Part shown: positions 37,496 through 46,069 of the stretch, piece by piece | Layout: the number at the start of each line of letters is the position of its first letter | Numbering within the stretch: the stretch's first letter is position 1 | NCBI GenBank assembly: GCA_015058295.1 | Contig: SVCP01000004.1 | Coordinates: 4,040 to 68,039 of the forward strand | Source: Anaerofustis stercorihominis | Lineage (GTDB): Bacteria > Bacillota > Clostridia > Eubacteriales > Anaerofustaceae | Direction: 5' to 3' | Length of the DNA stretch: 64,000 bases | The notes under the pieces: generated by a model | The model's input: only the letters and a program-made list of their open reading frames with translations | Database searches by the model: none | What the model was told of the DNA's origin: nothing | Program-made: the position numbers and the translations under genes

Positions 37496-38115
37496 TTTAT
37501 TTCACCTTCGCTTTGTCTTATATAGCTGTTTATATATTCTCTCTGTGCTCTTGTGGGGACTCCCGTTATGGAGACTTTATCAAGGTTTACGTCCGCTTCT
37601 ATGATCCTGCCTTCGGCATTGTAAGTTTCATCGTATTTATCCTTATAACGGTCTGTAAGGAGTATTACTCTCTGATTTGAGGATCCTACGTATCTTCTCC
37701 TGTCGTCATTAAGTTCATCGACATATTCGCCATCAATAAGGATATCAATTACATCAAGGGCTCTGAGTGTGTATTCACTGCCGCAGTCACGTAGCTGTTC
37801 GATGGTGTTGCCTGTGTATACGGTGACTCCGAGATCAAGTTCATGTGCAGCAGAAGCTATGACAAACAAAGCTTCGTCCTGTAAAAACGGTTCACCGCCA
37901 CTAATGACGATTCCCTCGATTCCGAGAGACAAATTTGCGGAGATCATTTTTATTATCTCATCCGTATCAGTAATATACCCTCCGTCAAGGCTTCTTGAAT
38001 CAACGCTCATGCAGTTCGGGCAACGTCTTTTACAGCCCTGAAACCATATGGCCGTCTTTTTGCCCATACCGAACGCTTCGGTTACGGGTTTGTATGCATA
38101 TAATCGTACATTCAT
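37492..38115 (-). CDS. radical SAM activase, NrdG-like (anaerobic RNR / glycyl-radical-enzyme activating family)
   Basis: CxxxCxxC cluster GCKRRCPNC (nt ~38007-38035), SGGEP, and a DGEY...VGSSNQR segment typical of NrdG as I recall it. Confidence 0.7.
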   Translation of the reverse strand: MNVRLYAYKPVTEAFGMGKKTAIWFQGCKRRCPNCMSVDSRSLDGGYITDTDEIIKMISANLSLGIEGIVISGGEPFLQDEALFVIASAAHELDLGVTVYTGNTIEQLRDCGSEYTLRALDVIDILIDGEYVDELNDDRRRYVGSSNQRVILLTDRYKDKYDETYNAEGRIIEADVNLDKVSITGVPTRAQREYINSYIRQSEGEIK

Positions 38116-38125
38116 ATTTTTTACC

Positions 38126-39037
38126 TTATTGTTCTTCGTCGTCCTTACAAAGCAGAATATCCCTGAACTTTAACTTTATGCTGTCCAGAAGTTCTTCTGC
38201 CTGAAGAATTTCTCCATTTAAGAGATTGTTTACTTTTATGAGCTTTCCGGAGAAATTATCTGACGACGGTTTCATGTCTTCCTCGGCATCTCTGATATTG
38301 CTTAGCTTGTCGAGCCACTGAGTATACGTATTTCTCATTCTTTTTAGCTCATTGTCAAGTTCAAGACTTTTCTGCTTCAGTTCATTCAGAGCTTCTCTGT
38401 CAGAAGAAAGATCAGTTGAAATAATACTTTCATAGTGAGCTTTTTCCTTCAAAAGACGTTCGTATTCGCTGAGGTGCTCCGCATTATCAGATTGCAGTTT
38501 CTTTATAAGAGCATCAAGCTTTTCATTATCTGATATGATTTTAATTTTTTCTTTCTGCAGCTTATCGCGTTGTGCTTTTTTTACCTGCAGGATATCCGGA
38601 GAATATGAACTCAGTTCATCCGTGAGAGAATTTATCTCTTCATCAAGCTTTTTCACAACACTCATCTGTTGTTCGTGTTCCTGCTGTTTTTCTGTGAGCT
38701 TATCTTTTTCGGCACGGAGTTTTGTGCTCTTCTCTTTCAGTTCATCAATGGCAGAACGGACAGCATTATATTCTTCTTTTGTTTTTTCTATTTCGTCGGC
38801 AGACTCCTGTTTAAGAAGCTCTATCTGTTCTCCCGATGCTTTCGGATACGAAAGAAGAAGGTCTGAAAACAGTCCCGAAACTTCCATGAGCTGAGTGTAA
38901 AAAAGCTCAACATCATCAAGATTGTTTCCATTGATGTTTTCTTCATTTGCGTCATAAAAGCTCAGTACGGCGCTGAGAAAATCAACGGGAGATATTTTTT
39001 CTTTTGAAGCGAATTTATTAAAGCAGCTTAAATCCAT
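38126..39037 (-). CDS. coiled-coil protein (303 aa)
   Basis: Almost entirely E/K/L/Q-rich heptad-like sequence. AGAGG RBS. Confidence 0.55.
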   Translation of the reverse strand: MDLSCFNKFASKEKISPVDFLSAVLSFYDANEENINGNNLDDVELFYTQLMEVSGLFSDLLLSYPKASGEQIELLKQESADEIEKTKEEYNAVRSAIDELKEKSTKLRAEKDKLTEKQQEHEQQMSVVKKLDEEINSLTDELSSYSPDILQVKKAQRDKLQKEKIKIISDNEKLDALIKKLQSDNAEHLSEYERLLKEKAHYESIISTDLSSDREALNELKQKSLELDNELKRMRNTYTQWLDKLSNIRDAEEDMKPSSDNFSGKLIKVNNLLNGEILQAEELLDSIKLKFRDILLCKDDEEQ

Positions 39038-39049
39038 AACAGACCTCTT

Positions 39050-40870
39050 TTATTTTTTCGTATTCTGCTCAAGTGCAAGGGGGGAGCCGTCAACAGCAAA
39101 TATCTCTCTTCCGCTGCGGAAGGTATTTGTTTTTTCGGTTCCGCTCATATCCTTGAGGTAAAGTGTGAGAGCATTATCTTTTCCTATTGAAGCTCCGAAA
39201 TAGTATGTCACACTGCTTTTGCCGGGCGTGAGGAAGAAACTGCGGTATGATGGGTGAGGATATGCGCAATACGGAGTTATTCCTTCGCCGTAATCGAGGA
39301 CTATCCTGTAATCCGCATTGCCGTCAAAGATAAACGGGATCTCGTTTCCGCCGGAATTCTTTATATAATACGGAATGTCCTTTTGTATTACCTGACGGTT
39401 GGTAAAGCAGTAAAAATATTTCGTCTCTCCGTTGAGGATAGCTTCAAGTCCTACACCGAAAGGTGCAAAATCACGGTATGTTATGTATCCGTTGCCGACA
39501 AGGGCTGCTCCCAGACTTACGGCGTGAGATCTCCAGTTTGCGGAAACTTCGCTGTATTCACCTGCATAAACATGAGATATATTGTTTATGAGGGTGTTGT
39601 CGTTTGCGGTGCGGTGATAGTTATATTCAAGGCGTGAGTTTTCCGAATCAGCCACATCAAGACCGAAGATTTTCAGGATATACCACCTTGTGAGATAGAA
39701 GTTTCCGAAACCTCCGATAACTGCTATCATCGGTTCAATTCCGCTTTGTTCAATAAATGATTTCGCCTCGTTAAGATATTTTTCGTAGCCGGGTTTAATG
39801 ACTTCTCCGAAGCTGCTAAAGAGCTGGGAAACGGTGATCTTTACTTTTCTGCCATCGTAATATATGAAGTTGTCATTTTTGCTGTTAAAGCAGAAATTTT
39901 CTTCTTCTTTCGCAAGGTCAGTGGTTTTTCTGAACTTCCAGCTTTTGTGATTAAACTTTACGCAAAGCTTTGAGAGCTTGTCGCTGATGGATTTTGCATT
40001 TGTTGTAAGCTTTGACTCGAGAGAGTTGAACGCCTCCCAGTAATCCCTGTTTTTCGGAATCTCCGAAATACCAAGCTGTGATGAGATACTCTTCGTCAGA
40101 ACATCATTTATGTATGCAAATCCCGCCTGTCCGAGTTTGTCTTCGGAATGAAGTCCGAGTCCCCATTTTTTTATGGGCTCAAACATACTTATGCCGTCAT
40201 TTGAATACACGTTTGCCAGAAGCACATCAAATGTTCCACCTCCTATATCTGCAAGAAGAATGGCTCCTTCGTAATTTCTGCCTTCGTTCGCTTTGTAGTT
40301 GTCAATGAGCATAGCCATTGCCGCCGCAGGCTCGTTGATTATGGATACATCGGTGTGCTGATCAAATACTTTGCTGTATTCTCCGTCAAGTTCGGTTATG
40401 GCGTTTTTCAGAACGGAAGTCATGATATCTGTAAGGACGACATCTTCCGGACGTGTATTGTTGTTCTGTCCCCAGATGAGAGGCATGCATATCTTTACGG
40501 AATCAACGTGGAGCCCTTCTGTGTTGCAACTGTCAGTAAACAGCTTCATAACATATTTTAAGAATTCTTTTGTAATGTATTTCGGAGTAAACTTGTCGGT
40601 ATAGCTGTTTCTTTCGAGGACGGAAGCATCTGTTTCGTTGATAAGCAGCTTGAAGCCTCTGTATACCACAACATTTCCTCCTCCGTTAAGTGCATCAAAA
40701 CCGAACTGCAGGTCATCATCTATTCTGCTTACTACAGAAGGTATCGCATAAGATGCACCGTTGAATGCAGCTCTGCGGACTATGTTATTGGAATCAATGC
40801 CAATAACGGAAGAGTTGTAGCTGATTTTCGTGTATGTCGTTCCGTTGTCAATTGAAATGTTGAGTCCCAT
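39050..40870 (-). CDS. divergent Hsp70/DnaK-family ATPase with a non-canonical C-terminal domain
   Basis: IDNGTTYT (phosphate 1), IINEPAAA and DIGGGTFDV (nt ~40225-40255). The C-terminal ~180 aa do not look like the DnaK substrate-binding domain. Confidence 0.75.
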   Translation of the reverse strand: MGLNISIDNGTTYTKISYNSSVIGIDSNNIVRRAAFNGASYAIPSVVSRIDDDLQFGFDALNGGGNVVVYRGFKLLINETDASVLERNSYTDKFTPKYITKEFLKYVMKLFTDSCNTEGLHVDSVKICMPLIWGQNNNTRPEDVVLTDIMTSVLKNAITELDGEYSKVFDQHTDVSIINEPAAAMAMLIDNYKANEGRNYEGAILLADIGGGTFDVLLANVYSNDGISMFEPIKKWGLGLHSEDKLGQAGFAYINDVLTKSISSQLGISEIPKNRDYWEAFNSLESKLTTNAKSISDKLSKLCVKFNHKSWKFRKTTDLAKEEENFCFNSKNDNFIYYDGRKVKITVSQLFSSFGEVIKPGYEKYLNEAKSFIEQSGIEPMIAVIGGFGNFYLTRWYILKIFGLDVADSENSRLEYNYHRTANDNTLINNISHVYAGEYSEVSANWRSHAVSLGAALVGNGYITYRDFAPFGVGLEAILNGETKYFYCFTNRQVIQKDIPYYIKNSGGNEIPFIFDGNADYRIVLDYGEGITPYCAYPHPSYRSFFLTPGKSSVTYYFGASIGKDNALTLYLKDMSGTEKTNTFRSGREIFAVDGSPLALEQNTKK

Positions 40871-40894
40871 GTTATTCTCCGAATATTTCTTTGA

Positions 40895-42268
40895 TTAATT
40901 TTTCTGAGAAGCAAGTCTTCTCATAGATTCACCGGCAGATGCGGAACACTGTGAAAGTCCGCCCTGCGCCGCTGAAACCAGGATATCATCCTCGGATTCT
41001 GCAATCCCGGAGGCTGACAATATGTTTGTTATGTCTCCTTCAACGGAGGCTCTTTCTTCCGGCTGTGAAAAGATCTCTCTGTACACAGTAAGTTCATCTC
41101 CCGGATTTACGGAAAGGATGACACTGTCTCCGAAATCATTTGAAATTCTCATTGTGACAGGGCCTACTGCATTGCTGTCAAGTCTCTCATCAATGGTCCA
41201 GCCACGGCTTTCCGACTGAGAGATGAGGTTGTCTGCGGCGCTGTGTGCGGCGATCTGTCTTAATCTGTTTTCGTTTGCTATTGATACAAGAGAGCTTTCA
41301 TCATCCGAGAGTACTTCGTCAAGGTCGTATTCCATTGTGTTTATCATCTGCTCAAGTGCGCGGTTGCCGAGAGATTCAGGTGTTTTTATGCGGTTTCTGA
41401 TGGCAATATAGTTCTCTCTTACCATCTCATAAAAGTTTTCTCCGTCATCCGTGAAAGCGTCGCACCACTCACCTACAGGGCAGGGGTATTTCGTGATGTT
41501 GTTATCTTCATCGGCAAGCAGAACTTCGTTTTCGTCACATTCTGCGAGCCTTCCATCCATTCTTACGGAAAGCTCATTTGCTCTTGCAATGAGAGACGGA
41601 CGTTTTTCGAAGTTTTCTGAGAGAATGTGATAGTGAATGAGCATATCCCTGTTGAACTGAGCATCTAAAATTGCTGTTACACTCTGAGTGTTGTCTCTCT
41701 GAAGTTCTGCACGGGCGCTTTCGATGACAAATGCAAATCTGTCGAGTTCTTCCTTGTCTTCTCCTCCGAAGTCAAGCTCTCTCATCTGCGAAAGAAGATT
41801 CTCTGCGTTGGAAAGAAGACTTGTTGCCGTTTCTTTTCTTCTGTTTTCAAGATCAAATATAGCATCGACTCTTTCGTTGGTTAAAGTTACCTGTCCGTAA
41901 AGGTCATCAATTCTGAAATTTACCTGATCGAGCTGACGGTTGATCATATCCACCCTGTGTCCGAGATCGTTTATTCTGTCTGTGTTTGCGTTGTTGAGCG
42001 CATCCTGCTGAGAGATCACATCTCTCAGTCTGTCGAGTTCTCTTTGTGTTGAACGGCTCAGTTCGTCATATCTTCTCTGGGCTTCAGCTCTTGCCTGCTC
42101 CGACTGAGCTCTTTCTTCTCTGATAATGCGCTCGACAGCTTCGTTAACCTGTGCATTGCCGTTTCTTACGGATGCAAGCTCTCTTTCGAGGTTTGCTGCT
42201 CTGTTGTAACCTGCAAGAAGACGGTTATATTCACTGTTTGATAATACTCGTGTTCGTTCGATACTCAT
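40895..42268 (-). CDS. coiled-coil protein with a globular C-terminal half (457 aa)
   Basis: The N-terminal ~200 aa are R/E/Q/L-rich heptads. Start chosen at ATG 42268, 8 nt after GGAG. Confidence 0.55.
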   Translation of the reverse strand: MSIERTRVLSNSEYNRLLAGYNRAANLERELASVRNGNAQVNEAVERIIREERAQSEQARAEAQRRYDELSRSTQRELDRLRDVISQQDALNNANTDRINDLGHRVDMINRQLDQVNFRIDDLYGQVTLTNERVDAIFDLENRRKETATSLLSNAENLLSQMRELDFGGEDKEELDRFAFVIESARAELQRDNTQSVTAILDAQFNRDMLIHYHILSENFEKRPSLIARANELSVRMDGRLAECDENEVLLADEDNNITKYPCPVGEWCDAFTDDGENFYEMVRENYIAIRNRIKTPESLGNRALEQMINTMEYDLDEVLSDDESSLVSIANENRLRQIAAHSAADNLISQSESRGWTIDERLDSNAVGPVTMRISNDFGDSVILSVNPGDELTVYREIFSQPEERASVEGDITNILSASGIAESEDDILVSAAQGGLSQCSASAGESMRRLASQKN

Positions 42269-42334
42269 AATAAGCACTCCTTTTATGTTTATTCGGTTAA
42301 TATAACCGGGCTTATTTTTATATATCGGAAAACA

Positions 42335-45300
42335 TCAGATATTTTCTTTGTTTTTGATATTTTTCATCAGTCTGTAAAGATTATCTATGTGTGCAAAACG
42401 ATTTGTTTCGCTGGGAGCATGTACTCCCGAGCTGGAATGGTTTATAGATCCGCACAGATATCCGATTACAAGGCCGTCTGTATTTATTATAGGTGCACCG
42501 GAATCTCCCTGATGAATCGCCTGTCCTTCAAAAAGGATATAACCGCTGTTGGTTCCCACTACTTTCGAAGGTGTATGCAGCTGCAGCTCTCTTATTCCGA
42601 GAGGATATCCTGCGGAGAATACCTTATCCTGAAGAGAGCACAGCTCCCCTTCAGGTGCAAGATTCAGTGAAGGATACACAGACCCGTTTTCAAAGCTGTC
42701 CTTTATGGCGAGGATCGCACAGTCGCCGTCTTCGGATGATGCGATTACGGAAAGGTGGATATTTTTCTCGAAGTTCATGGCGCCCTGTTTTATTTTCACT
42801 GTTGCGGTAAACGAATCCGCACCGTTTACGCAGTGGTGACATGTGGCAACATATTTTCCTCCGATAATGTATCCTGTGGAATGTGAATGTACCGAACCGC
42901 CTTTTTTTGCTTCGATCCTTACGATGGCATTTTCCATCTTTGTCAGGAAGCCTTCAGAAATATTATCGTTTTCGTCAAGTACATTTTCTTCGCCTGACGA
43001 GAGCGATTCAATAAATCCGTCCTCAGCAAATTCACGGGAATATATTTCCTTTTCATCCACTGCGGAACCTTCCTTTATGAATTTATAATCCTCAAGTTCT
43101 TTTATTGCATCAACGGAAAGAGTGTTGTCTTCCACAAACGGCCACAGGTCTTCTGCCAGTGCGCAAGCATACCTTGCGTTACCGAAGGCCGCACCTGTAT
43201 TTTGTTTGTATGTGATAATGCGCATAAGTGCATCTCTTGCTTCGTCGGTAACGATAACTTCCTGTGAGATAAGCTCACTCAGTTTGTGAGCGAATATTGC
43301 ATACAAAGCATCAACATCGTAATCCCCGATGCGTATCTCCGTAAAGCGGCTTTCAAGACCTTCCTGAGCAGATTTTACAGCCGCCCAGTCCTTTTCGTAT
43401 CCTGTGAAAATAACGCATATGTTGTTTTTTTCTCCGTCGGTTATGTAGGAGCACATATTGTTCACGGCATTTCTGCAGGCGCTATCAGAACGGACCTGCA
43501 GATCAAGTCCCGCTGTTTCATCAATAAGAAGTACAGACCCGTTTGCTTCCGAAAATGCTTCTTCCATTTTTTCGGGGGTGTTGATATCTGAAAATCTCTT
43601 CTGAATGAATGCTCCCGTTGAGAGTATACGGAATTCCCTGAACACGCGCCCCATAAGTCTTGCGAACTCTGTCTTTCCCGTTCCCGGATTGCCGAGAAGG
43701 GAATAATTTTTTACTTTAACTTTGCGCCTTATCTCGAGAATGCCTTTCTGCGTAAGTCTGCCGTTTTTTGTATTTCCGGGAAGAGATGCCACTTTTGTGA
43801 TGCGTCTGTGCATATTTCGGATTACATTTTTCACATCTTCCATACCCACAAATTCACTCATGATTTCCTCAAGTTCATTTTCGGTTATAAGGTGATACTC
43901 TTTATCGTATTTTTCAAGAGGAGTGCCTTTTGATGAAAAAGTATTCGCTCTGGTACAGGGAACAAGAAATTCTTCTTCAAGTGTGCGGACATTTGCCCAC
44001 TTCCGTTTTGTGTCTCCCAGGCGGTCAATGTACCAGTTTGTTAGAAAATCCCTCAGATCGTCATCGGCATAGCCTTCTTTGTATCGGATATTGTTGTTTT
44101 TGAGATATGATCTTGCGATCTCGAAAAGCTCGAGCTCCGAATATGTATCAAGCCTGATGAAATTCTGACGGAAACGGGAAGAAAGACCTTCATCGTTTTC
44201 CCAGATTTTTTCCATCCTGTCTTCATATCCCGCGAGTACAACAGCCATTCTGCCTTTGTAATTCGTGAGTGCCGGAATGAGTACTTCCATTATCTCCTGT
44301 TTGAAATGTTCTTCGTTGCCGTTGTTGTCGTGAACGCGGAGGTTGTGAGCTTCATCAATGAACAATACTCCCCCGACAGCATCTTTGATTCTGTTTTTCA
44401 TTTCAACGGCAGTCTGTCCCACAAATCCCTGCTTCAGCTGCCCTACGGAAGTTTCCACAAGATGGCCGCTGGGCAGGATTCCGAGATTTCGGAGTGCTTC
44501 CCCGAGAAGTCTTGCAACTGTGGTCTTTCCGCTTCCCGGAGGCCCCACGAGGACGAAGTTCAGGAATGCAGGTGCGTTTTTACTGTCTGCAGGAAAGAGC
44601 CTCTGCACAGCAAGATAATCAGGACAGATATGAGAAGTTACCTTTGATGGCTTTGTGCCACCATAAGCGGTTTTTATATCATTCAGCTCTCTTAGCAGCG
44701 TTTTGAATCCGTTTCCCTGCATATTTCTTATCTTTTCCAGCGGGTCTTCAGCGATATTCCTTACGCAGTTTTGCAGTTCGTCAAAATAAGATACTTTTTT
44801 GTTTTTGTAGCATACGGAGTTTTTCAGACCGCTGAGTGTTGCTGTTTTGTCAAAATTAATGCCTGATTTTTCCAGTGAAGAAACTATCTGGGGTTTTTGT
44901 GATTTTGTATCATCGGACTGGGAAGGGGTATATCTGTTTATCGCTACAAGCTGTGAGGATATATCCTCCAGAAGATTATAGTCAAGGGATATTTCCCCTT
45001 CGATGTCGGATTTGATGAGCATATTTTTTGCTTCATCAGTGCTGAATTTTTCAACTTCGATGAATCTTCCGTTGATGCTCTCAATATGTGCTTTGTTGTC
45101 ATAATTTTTCTTGAAGTCGCCTTCAGCGCAGGCTTCCCAGAATGACAGTTCTTTGAAAAGCTCATGAACAGCTTTCCATTCTTCCCGGATCTGCCCGTTT
45201 ACGGTTGTCATATTGTCCACATAGTCAATATCCGGGAATATAAATATAATATTTTTCCTTATTCTGTTGTTTGCCCTGAACTTCGAGAGAGTTGTGCAGA

Positions 45301-45757
45301 GCTTTATTATCTCTTCAGTCTTGTCAAGACTGTTTTTTATTATGTCAAAAAGATCTTCTCCGCTTAAGATGACTGCGGTGGAAAAATCTCTCTGTTCTTC
45401 TCCGAACATAAATCTGTCGATATATCTGAGCATCTTGATATACGAAGACAACTTATCCTTGTCCGTGAGAATTATCTTCGCACCGTTTACGGGAATGAAG
45501 CCTCTTTTCTGTGTTCCTTCGAGCTTGAACAGGTTCCCGAAATTCGTTGCGGAAATCTCATCGGACGCAAACGGACCGATGAAAGAGTCGTCTTTTTTGA
45601 AAGAGATTATGTAGTCATATCCCGCATATTTAAGATAGTTGTGAAGATACCCGAATATATCCACTTCCTCAAGGGAGTTCAGATAAAAGCGTTCGTTATA
45701 GATTTCTTTTGAAATAACGTATCCGAAGATCTCGTTTATTCCTTCAAAATATGCCAT
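42335..45757 (-). CDS. 1140-aa fusion: unassigned N-domain + two CbbX/SpoVK-type AAA+ modules + C-terminal trypsin-like serine protease
   Basis: Walker A GPPGSGKTT with Walker B VLFIDEAH (nt ~44521-44550). Second Walker A GNPGTGKTE with LLIDE (nt ~43670-43700). Protease His (TCHHC), Asp (DCAIL) and Ser (GDSGAPI, nt ~42494-42515). AAGGAG RBS. Confidence 0.75.
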   Translation of the reverse strand: MAYFEGINEIFGYVISKEIYNERFYLNSLEEVDIFGYLHNYLKYAGYDYIISFKKDDSFIGPFASDEISATNFGNLFKLEGTQKRGFIPVNGAKIILTDKDKLSSYIKMLRYIDRFMFGEEQRDFSTAVILSGEDLFDIIKNSLDKTEEIIKLCTTLSKFRANNRIRKNIIFIFPDIDYVDNMTTVNGQIREEWKAVHELFKELSFWEACAEGDFKKNYDNKAHIESINGRFIEVEKFSTDEAKNMLIKSDIEGEISLDYNLLEDISSQLVAINRYTPSQSDDTKSQKPQIVSSLEKSGINFDKTATLSGLKNSVCYKNKKVSYFDELQNCVRNIAEDPLEKIRNMQGNGFKTLLRELNDIKTAYGGTKPSKVTSHICPDYLAVQRLFPADSKNAPAFLNFVLVGPPGSGKTTVARLLGEALRNLGILPSGHLVETSVGQLKQGFVGQTAVEMKNRIKDAVGGVLFIDEAHNLRVHDNNGNEEHFKQEIMEVLIPALTNYKGRMAVVLAGYEDRMEKIWENDEGLSSRFRQNFIRLDTYSELELFEIARSYLKNNNIRYKEGYADDDLRDFLTNWYIDRLGDTKRKWANVRTLEEEFLVPCTRANTFSSKGTPLEKYDKEYHLITENELEEIMSEFVGMEDVKNVIRNMHRRITKVASLPGNTKNGRLTQKGILEIRRKVKVKNYSLLGNPGTGKTEFARLMGRVFREFRILSTGAFIQKRFSDINTPEKMEEAFSEANGSVLLIDETAGLDLQVRSDSACRNAVNNMCSYITDGEKNNICVIFTGYEKDWAAVKSAQEGLESRFTEIRIGDYDVDALYAIFAHKLSELISQEVIVTDEARDALMRIITYKQNTGAAFGNARYACALAEDLWPFVEDNTLSVDAIKELEDYKFIKEGSAVDEKEIYSREFAEDGFIESLSSGEENVLDENDNISEGFLTKMENAIVRIEAKKGGSVHSHSTGYIIGGKYVATCHHCVNGADSFTATVKIKQGAMNFEKNIHLSVIASSEDGDCAILAIKDSFENGSVYPSLNLAPEGELCSLQDKVFSAGYPLGIRELQLHTPSKVVGTNSGYILFEGQAIHQGDSGAPIINTDGLVIGYLCGSINHSSSGVHAPSETNRFAHIDNLYRLMKNIKNKENI

Positions 45758-45781
45758 TTTTAGCTCCTTATGCCGAATAAT

Positions 45782-46054
45782 TTAACGATCGAGTATTTCG
45801 ATGATATTGAGATATGCGTTATATTTTTTGCTGCAGTAACTGCAGTTTTTCATATGTCTGTTAAATTCCGTAAGCCTTTTCATATTATCTTCGTCTAGAC
45901 TTTTCATCATAATTATTTCCGCAAAGTCCGAAGGAGAGATATGTTTTACCGTATCATCGAACATTTCCCCGTTATCACGGGGAGGCTGTTCTTTTCCGGC
46001 AGAACGGATATTAATATTGAATCTGTCATTATCTTTTGAACGGTATTTGTCCAT
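45782..46054 (-). CDS. 90-aa protein with a zinc-binding anti-sigma-type HxxxCxxC motif
   Basis: RHMKNCSYC (nt ~45832-45857). No TM segment. Lies directly downstream of the sigma-like gene. Confidence 0.4.
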   Translation of the reverse strand: MDKYRSKDNDRFNINIRSAGKEQPPRDNGEMFDDTVKHISPSDFAEIIMMKSLDEDNMKRLTEFNRHMKNCSYCSKKYNAYLNIIEILDR

Positions 46055-46069
46055 TTTGTCTTTTCACCT

